A DNA stretch of 64,000 nucleotides, taken from a candidate division Hyd24-12 bacterium UBA6080. GTDB taxonomy: Bacteria > Fermentibacterota > Fermentibacteria > Fermentibacterales > JCC-6. The notes under the pieces were generated by a model, which was not told the DNA's origin, made no database searches, and was given only the letters and a program-made list of their open reading frames with translations. Positions within the stretch are counted from its first letter, which is position 1; each line of letters starts with the position of its first letter. The DNA lies in assembly GCA_002436025.1 (NCBI GenBank), contig DIXM01000002.1, positions 106,932 to 170,931 of the forward strand, in the 5' to 3' direction. A program made the translations under genes and the position numbers. Shown here piece by piece: positions 56,814 to 64,000 of this stretch.

Positions 56814-59084
56814 ATGAAGGCAGTAAACAGAGGATCGTTTCCCATCCTCATAGTCAGTGGCGAGATCGGATCACACACCCTCGAGGGCAGAAGGGTGCGG
56901 GCAATCACGGAGAAACTGGAGAACTCAGGTTTCACCGTTCTGAAGGCCGAAAACTGTACCGATGGCCTCAGTGATTTCCACACCCATCCCAACCTCGGAT
57001 GCGCCGTTGTTGACTGGAACACCGAGAATGACATGCCCCAGGATTTCCTGCGGGGGATAAGGCGCTTCAGCGACGTTCTGCCCGTGCTGCTCATGACCGA
57101 CCGGTTCAGCGTGGAGAAGTTGCCGATCGGAATCCTCAGGGAGATCGACGGGTACATCTGGCTTGCCGAAGACACGCCCGACTTCATCGCCGGCAGGATC
57201 GAGAAGGCCGCCCTTTCCTACATCGAGGGGATACTCCCGGTGTTCTTCAGGGAGCTGGTGAAGTACGCCGAAGAGTACCGCTACTCATGGCACACCCCGG
57301 GGCACATGGGTGGTGTCGCATTCATGAAGACACCCGCCGGCAAAGTGTGCTTTGATTTCTTCGGCGAGAACATGTTCAGGGCCGACCTTTCGGTCTCGGT
57401 TCCCGAGCTTGGTTCTCTTCCCGACCACCAGGGTCCGATCGGAGCTGCGGAGAGGCATGCCGCAAGGGTGTTCAACGCTTCGCAGACGTTCTTCGTAACC
57501 AACGGATCAAGTGCGGCGAACCTCATGGTCTGGAGCTCGATGGTCACCACGGGCGACGTGGTGGTGGTCGACAGGAATTGCCACAAAAGCATCAACCACG
57601 CCATCATACTCGCAGACGCGATTCCGATCTACTTCAAACCCACAAGGAACCCGTACGGAACCATCGGTCCAATAGCCTTGAAGGAGTTCGACGCGCAGGC
57701 CATAAGGGCCAAGATCGAGAATTGTCCCCTCATCATCGACAAGAACTCGAGGGTTCGCCTGGCCACCATCACCAACAGCACCTATGATGGCTTGTGCTAC
57801 AACACTCTGCGGATTACTGAAGCGCTTTCCGAAACGGTCGACGGCATTCATTTCGACGAGGCGTGGTTCGCGTACGCCCACTTCCATCCGCTTTACCGGG
57901 GCCATTACGCCATGACCCCAAGACCGGATAATGACGAGGCAAGGATGCCTGTCTTCGCCACGCAGTCCACCCATAAGACACTCGCAGCCATGTCCCAGGC
58001 ATCAATGGTGCATTACCGCGACGGAGCTGACCGCAGGATCGATCCTGATGTGTTCAACGAGGCGTACCTTATGCACAGCTCTACCTCGCCCCAGTACGGC
58101 ATGATCGCCACCCTAGATGTCTCAACGCAGATGATGGAAGGCAAGGCCGGCGTTCGTATGATGCAGGAAGCCCTCCGCGAACCCGTTGTGTTCAGAAAGA
58201 CAATGGCCTCGATCAACAGCGAGATAATGCATTCGGAGTCTGACCCGTCCCGGAAGTGGTGGTTCACCGCGTGGCAGCCCGACAACCTTCTTGACGTGGA
58301 GGACAAGCAGCTTCTGGCAGAGCAGGAGTGGTGGACCCTTAAGGCATCTGATTCCTGGCACATGTTCAACGGCATGGATGACGGCGGGATCATGCTGGAC
58401 CCGTTCAAGGTGACACTTGCCACACCCGGTATCAATCGAGAGGGCAACCTTGATGAGTGGGGCATTCCTGCTGCCATCGTTACCAAGTGGCTTCGCTCCA
58501 GGGGCATCATGGTCGAGAAGACGGGCCATTACTCGTGGCTGCTCCTGTTCAGCATAGGCATCACGAAAGGCAAGTCCGGAACCCTTCTGGCGGAGCTGTT
58601 CCGTTTCAAGGAGCTTTATGACGAGGATGTCGAGCTCGAGGAGATACTGCCTGAACTTGTGAAGACCCATCCCGACGAGTACGGCGAAATGACGATCCAG
58701 CAACTCTGCATGAGGATGCACACCTTCCTGAGGGAATACCGTCTTGTGGACGGGATGCTCTCATGCTTCCGAACCCTGCCCCGACAGGTCATGACGCCCG
58801 GCCAGGCGTACCGCGAGATGGTCAGGGGCGAGGTGGAGAGGGTCAGCATCAGGTCACTGGAGGGGAGGGTGGTTGCCGTGCAGGTCGTTCCCTATCCGCC
58901 CGGCATTCCCATCATCATGCCCGGCGAGATGATCACCGAGGAAACCCGGCACATCATCGACTACCTGGGTGCGGTCGAGGAACTTGAAGCCATGTTTCCC
59001 GGCTTCGAGGGCGAGATCCACGGAGTGCACAAGGTCCGCGACGACGAGGCGATCAACCGGTTCCAGATATACTGCCTGAAGTAG
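56814..59084 (+). CDS. Fold-type I PLP-dependent Orn/Lys/Arg decarboxylase (large inducible AdiA/CadA/SpeF-like, with N-terminal wing domain)
   Basis: The PLP-lysine region 'FATQSTHKTLAAMSQASMVH' is present. The product is 756 aa with an N-terminal receiver-like wing 'ILIVSGEIG'. An AT-rich leader precedes the gene. Confidence 0.85.
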   Translation: MKAVNRGSFPILIVSGEIGSHTLEGRRVRAITEKLENSGFTVLKAENCTDGLSDFHTHPNLGCAVVDWNTENDMPQDFLRGIRRFSDVLPVLLMTDRFSVEKLPIGILREIDGYIWLAEDTPDFIAGRIEKAALSYIEGILPVFFRELVKYAEEYRYSWHTPGHMGGVAFMKTPAGKVCFDFFGENMFRADLSVSVPELGSLPDHQGPIGAAERHAARVFNASQTFFVTNGSSAANLMVWSSMVTTGDVVVVDRNCHKSINHAIILADAIPIYFKPTRNPYGTIGPIALKEFDAQAIRAKIENCPLIIDKNSRVRLATITNSTYDGLCYNTLRITEALSETVDGIHFDEAWFAYAHFHPLYRGHYAMTPRPDNDEARMPVFATQSTHKTLAAMSQASMVHYRDGADRRIDPDVFNEAYLMHSSTSPQYGMIATLDVSTQMMEGKAGVRMMQEALREPVVFRKTMASINSEIMHSESDPSRKWWFTAWQPDNLLDVEDKQLLAEQEWWTLKASDSWHMFNGMDDGGIMLDPFKVTLATPGINREGNLDEWGIPAAIVTKWLRSRGIMVEKTGHYSWLLLFSIGITKGKSGTLLAELFRFKELYDEDVELEEILPELVKTHPDEYGEMTIQQLCMRMHTFLREYRLVDGMLSCFRTLPRQVMTPGQAYREMVRGEVERVSIRSLEGRVVAVQVVPYPPGIPIIMPGEMITEETRHIIDYLGAVEELEAMFPGFEGEIHGVHKVRDDEAINRFQIYCLK

Positions 59085-59114
59085 AGGTTTTCTCCTCAGG
59101 GGTCCATCGCGACT

Positions 59115-59136
59115 GATCCCGGAAGTCCGCGGGATC
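59115..59136. terminator. GC-rich hairpin 'gatcccgg-aagtcc-gcgggatc' between the decarboxylase gene and the IS200-like transposase: either a terminator or a transposon-end hairpin
   Basis: The stem is 7-8 bp with no strong T-tract. It lies 30 nt after the decarboxylase stop and ~175 nt before the tnp ATG. Confidence 0.3.
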
Positions 59137-59309
59137 GCAGCCGGTGATGCTCTCCGATTGATGGCATTCAAACAGAGCGTTTTATAACCGAGGCTTCGAT
59201 CCCCTGGGCTTGCTCATCAAACATGAATGATCGAATTCGGCGTTCCCTGTAACGCGCTCTCCCGAATCATCAGTATTGACGTTATCATGGTTGACGATAA
59301 ATTAACCCA

Positions 59310-59966
59310 ATGGCGAGGATAGCACGCGTTGTACTGGCGGACATTCCGCATCATGTCACGCAACGTGGCAACAGGCGGCAGAAAGTATTCTTCAACGAAC
59401 CGGACTACTCCACCTATCTTTCCATTCTTTTGGAGTTTACAAGCCTGCGTGGTGTTGATGTCTGGGCATACTGCCTCATGCCCAACCATGTTCACATCGT
59501 CGCAGTCCCGAGGAATCCCGGAAACCTGACGAGGGCTTTTGGCGAGGTGCATCGCAGGTACACCTGGTTGATCAACAGAAGGGAGTGCTGGACAGGGCAC
59601 CTTTGGCAGGGCAGGTATGCTTCCTTTCCCATGGATGATGCGCATCTTCTTCTGGCTGCACGATACATCGAGCAGAATCCCGTCAGGGCAGGGCTTTGCG
59701 CCCTGCCTGAGCAGTGGCGCTGGAGCAGCGCCCGGCACCATCTTGGCCTTGAAGCCGATCCTGTGATCTCACAGAGCGATCTTCTGCATACCTTTGCTGA
59801 TGACTGGCGAGGGTTTCTGGCTTTTTCTGCGAATCCGGAGGAGATGGTGCTGCTTCGCAGGCATGAGGGAAGTGGACGCCCTCTTGGCGACAGCGCATTC
59901 CTCAAACTGTGCGAGTCGGTTTCGGGTCTGGATCTCTCTCCCCGAAGGCGGGGACCCCACCCTTAA
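59310..59966 (+). CDS. IS200-like Y1 (HUH) transposase, REP-associated tyrosine transposase-like
   Basis: The HUH motif is in 'LMPNHVHIVAV', and the catalytic Tyr region is 'ARYIEQNPVRAGL'. The N-terminus 'IPHHVTQRGNRRQKVF' is typical of the PF01797 family. Confidence 0.75.
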   Translation: MARIARVVLADIPHHVTQRGNRRQKVFFNEPDYSTYLSILLEFTSLRGVDVWAYCLMPNHVHIVAVPRNPGNLTRAFGEVHRRYTWLINRRECWTGHLWQGRYASFPMDDAHLLLAARYIEQNPVRAGLCALPEQWRWSSARHHLGLEADPVISQSDLLHTFADDWRGFLAFSANPEEMVLLRRHEGSGRPLGDSAFLKLCESVSGLDLSPRRRGPHP

Positions 59967-60030
59967 AACAGTCATTTCTTTCTTTGGATCTGGTTGTTTC
60001 GACAGGCTTCAATTTTCGTAAACAAAGACT

Positions 60031-61857
<1,827 letters not shown>

Positions 61858-61859
61858 GA

Positions 61860-63077
61860 TCAGCTCTCCGGAATCAGTGCCACGACAGTGGTGGTATTGT
61901 GGAAGCCACTGTAGCTTCCCGGCGGCATCCGTATCTCTCCGTACGTCTCCCAGCCCAGAACAGGTTTGCCGGGAAGGATCTTCCTGTAAGAGTCGATGGC
62001 CATGGTAAAACTGTCTTCCAGAAGCGCCAGCCGTATCCCGCACTCAAACACGAGCATGCCCGCGAAGTCCGTCTGACCTGAGCTTTCGGCATCGGTGAAA
62101 GCAGCCCGGGCTGCGAGCATTGAGGCTTCGATCTGGGCGTCGGTATTGCTTCCGTCCATAATGCGGAAGACCGAGCCCTCGGGGATAGAACAGGCAAACA
62201 CCAGGGAGCCGTCCGGATTGACGGACATGGGGAAACGGATCTTGTACTCATCGCCGTCTGTGCAGAGTCCCAGCTCGAAGTTACCCAGTACGAGTTTGGC
62301 CTGGTCTTCGGGACTGTTCACGCGGTACCTTGATTTCAGGTGTTCCATGGCGTAGCCTGTCTCACGCGACCACACCTCCCATGTCGGCCTTCCGTCGACC
62401 TCGTACACCCTGTTGCCCTTTGCGAGTGTCACTGTGTGTGGCTTGCTGAGTGGGGTATGGCCGTGCTTCACCCCGCTGTGAAAAGGTCTTTCCGATGTGA
62501 TGAAGCAGACGGCCGCCGCGTCGGAGGAATCCTGCAGACCATGGAAGACCCTGGTTTCGCGGAAGTTGAGGTCATCTCCGGCAAAGCCCCCGATAAGTGT
62601 CACCGGGTACCCCGAATACCTCTCGAAGAGCCGGGAGGCGGAAAGCGTAAGCTCCTCTCCCGCGCCCGACAGACCGTCCGCGAAGAGAACGGCAGTGAGA
62701 TGCCTTCCGGGTTCAACAGTGGGAATGCCCAGTGCAAGTTTTCTGATCACATCTTCGGGATCGGACCGTACTCCCTGGGCTATTGCGGTGGTAAACCCCA
62801 TGGAGTCGGACGAAAGCAGGCCGATCGCCACACCCCCATTCCCGACACGGTTTTCCGTGAAGTGACCCGCTGTGGAACAGCCGATCAGGGGGATGGCCCC
62901 GACTCCGGCCCTGACAGTTTCCAGAACCTTCCTGTAGTCGCAGTTTGATGAGGAGTGAACCAGCACGAGTCCCGGGGCAGAGCCGCCAAGCTTGCCCATG
63001 GCTTCTCCCAGGGCATTTTCACTGGCGGCTACGGAGTCGCCCGCGCTTGCCAGTCCGGTGACGAATTTTGCAGCCAT
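61860..63077 (-). CDS. FIST (N+C) domain sensor protein
   Basis: The 405-aa product has 'LVLVHSSSNCDY...IPLIGCSTAGHF' (FIST_N) and the 'LVFECGIR' FIST_C pattern. It is encoded immediately upstream of the hybrid kinase. Confidence 0.65.
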   Translation of the reverse strand: MAAKFVTGLASAGDSVAASENALGEAMGKLGGSAPGLVLVHSSSNCDYRKVLETVRAGVGAIPLIGCSTAGHFTENRVGNGGVAIGLLSSDSMGFTTAIAQGVRSDPEDVIRKLALGIPTVEPGRHLTAVLFADGLSGAGEELTLSASRLFERYSGYPVTLIGGFAGDDLNFRETRVFHGLQDSSDAAAVCFITSERPFHSGVKHGHTPLSKPHTVTLAKGNRVYEVDGRPTWEVWSRETGYAMEHLKSRYRVNSPEDQAKLVLGNFELGLCTDGDEYKIRFPMSVNPDGSLVFACSIPEGSVFRIMDGSNTDAQIEASMLAARAAFTDAESSGQTDFAGMLVFECGIRLALLEDSFTMAIDSYRKILPGKPVLGWETYGEIRMPPGSYSGFHNTTTVVALIPES

Positions 63078-63190
63078 TTACTGCCAGCCCCCTCCCGCTG
63101 AAACGTAACCAAGAAGCCGTAAGTTGCCAAGTGTGAGAAGCTGATGGCCTGAGCAGCCGCTTTTCAAGGTGACGGGGAGTGACCGGTGGC

Positions 63191-63328
63191 CTACATGCCT
63201 CCCGTTCCATCGGAATCAGGTGCCTGTTCGACCCTCGGGACCGATTCGCCCGCGGCCTCGGGGCCTTCGCCCCTGCATGCGGTGCCAAGGACCAGAAGCG
63301 CCAGAGTGAAAGCAAAGAGCCTTTTCAT
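63191..63328 (-). CDS. Small putative lipoprotein (about 45 aa). Its ATG overlaps the cupin stop as ATGA.
   Basis: The N-terminus 'MKRLFAFTLALLVLGTAC' is a signal peptide with a lipobox Cys. This is a very short ORF, so the call is low-certainty. Confidence 0.3.
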   Translation of the reverse strand: MKRLFAFTLALLVLGTACRGEGPEAAGESVPRVEQAPDSDGTGGM

Positions 63329-63666
63329 CGAATCCCCTCCACTTTCAACAGGACCGTCCGGTCGTCGCCGTGGTTGATCACCCTGCATTCCTCCCCTGCA
63401 GCGAGCACCACCGAATCTCCGGGAAGGATGATCTCGAGCCCGCCGTCGGGAGAGGCGACGCCTGCGATGCCCTCCAGGAGAACCAGCAGTGCTCCCGCTG
63501 CAGAGCCGAAACGGGCCGTTCTGCCCCCGGGGGAGATGAAGACCTTCTTGGCGCTGAATTTTCCGCAGCCCGACGCCTGATCGGCTATGAGCGCCTCGCT
63601 GACTCCCGATGCCCCATCCTCCATGACCCTTGCGGGTCTGATGCCCGGTCTGCGTAAAACCTTCAT
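63325..63666 (-). CDS. Cupin domain protein (cupin_2)
   Basis: The motif 'GGLEIILPGDSVVLAAGEECRVINHGDDRTVLLKVE' matches the cupin beta-barrel motifs. The product is 113 aa. Confidence 0.65.
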   Translation of the reverse strand: MKVLRRPGIRPARVMEDGASGVSEALIADQASGCGKFSAKKVFISPGGRTARFGSAAGALLVLLEGIAGVASPDGGLEIILPGDSVVLAAGEECRVINHGDDRTVLLKVEGIR

Positions 63667-63668
63667 GT

Positions 63669-64000
63669 CTACCTTCCCGGTCCGAACGAGTAATCGCTTC
63701 CCATCGAAACTGTCCAGCGTATTGAGCCGTCATCGGGAAGCCCCACGGAAAGTTTTGCCGATCCTCCCGGCACGTTCATCTGAAGATACGCCCCCACACC
63801 GTAGTGCAGGTCGCCGTCACGGGGGTCACGGATCGATTCGTAATCCCACGTCGCGGCTGAGGTAAGGCCCGCGTTGACCGGACCCAACAGTTTGTGCTGC
63901 AGAAAGACGCTCGCAGCTGTTCTCTGTCTCGTTGGGAGGGTGTTCCACCTGTAGCCCGGAATTGAGCATTCGGATGTGTTGCGGGAGTCCTGCCAGGAGT
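63669..64000 (-). CDS. 3' end of a gene continuing beyond the window (product unknown, possibly a secreted/outer-membrane protein)
   Basis: An open minus-strand frame runs to the window edge. The cupin start codon lies 2 nt downstream of its stop. Confidence 0.3.
   Translation of the reverse strand, partial: SWQDSRNTSECSIPGYRWNTLPTRQRTAASVFLQHKLLGPVNAGLTSAATWDYESIRDPRDGDLHYGVGAYLQMNVPGGSAKLSVGLPDDGSIRWTVSMGSDYSFGPGR

Noticed and set aside
63191-63733. A 180-aa minus-strand ORF overlapping the cupin gene in another frame
   Set aside because: The cupin frame carries clear cupin_2 motifs. Only the last ~45 codons of this ORF (signal peptide/lipobox) look coding, and I kept those as a small lipoprotein.

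Overview
This is a high-GC (roughly 60%) bacterial window with locally AT-rich patches. The first ~36 kb is a densely packed surface-polysaccharide (O-antigen/EPS-type) locus with five modules. (1) A sugar-modification block: TrpB2-like PLP enzyme, bi-domain Zn-ADH/Gfo-Idh-MocA oxidoreductase, a heparinase-/C5-epimerase-like alpha-toroid protein, DUF354, CapK/F390-synthetase-like adenylating enzyme, DUF362 and an AsnB-type amidotransferase. (2) At least nine GT-B/GT4 glycosyltransferases, one GT2, a possible GT-A-like protein and three SAM methyltransferases. (3) A Wzm/Wzt ABC exporter in which Wzt carries the extra C-terminal glycan-binding domain, plus a Wzy/WaaL-like membrane protein. (4) An FnlA/FnlC/FnlB-like operon for UDP-2-acetamido-2,6-dideoxy-L-hexose, plus a GalE-like epimerase. 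(5) An MBOAT (AlgI-like) O-acetyltransferase, with an SGNH (AlgJ/X-like) partner encoded elsewhere in the locus.

Downstream of the MBOAT gene lies a ~5 kb segment carrying a TetR regulator, a three-gene ABC efflux system and an AbiE toxin-antitoxin pair whose toxin is frameshifted. A diverged ~70 bp copy of the MBOAT 3' end lies beyond this segment, so the two copies bracket it. A second, intact AbiEi/AbiEii pair follows, and a third AbiEii is cut off at the window start.

The remainder encodes signalling and other proteins: a 1363-aa hybrid histidine kinase with two periplasmic solute-binding domains; a BNR-repeat protein with a T9SS-type C-terminal sorting domain that is interrupted by a single in-frame TGA; a 1201-aa adenylate-cyclase/STAND-NTPase/TPR protein; a GalE-like epimerase; a large fold-I Orn/Lys/Arg decarboxylase; an IS200-like (Y1/HUH) transposase; and a FIST-sensor/hybrid-kinase pair followed by a cupin. 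I did not recognise any rRNA, tRNA or CRISPR array, but I could not scan for tRNAs rigorously.

The most notable observations are the mosaic insertion into the glycan locus, the AbiE copy-number and decay pattern with conserved operator-like inverted repeats, the in-frame TGA, a low-GC methyltransferase islet, and the amino-acid/adenylation module embedded in the sugar pathway.
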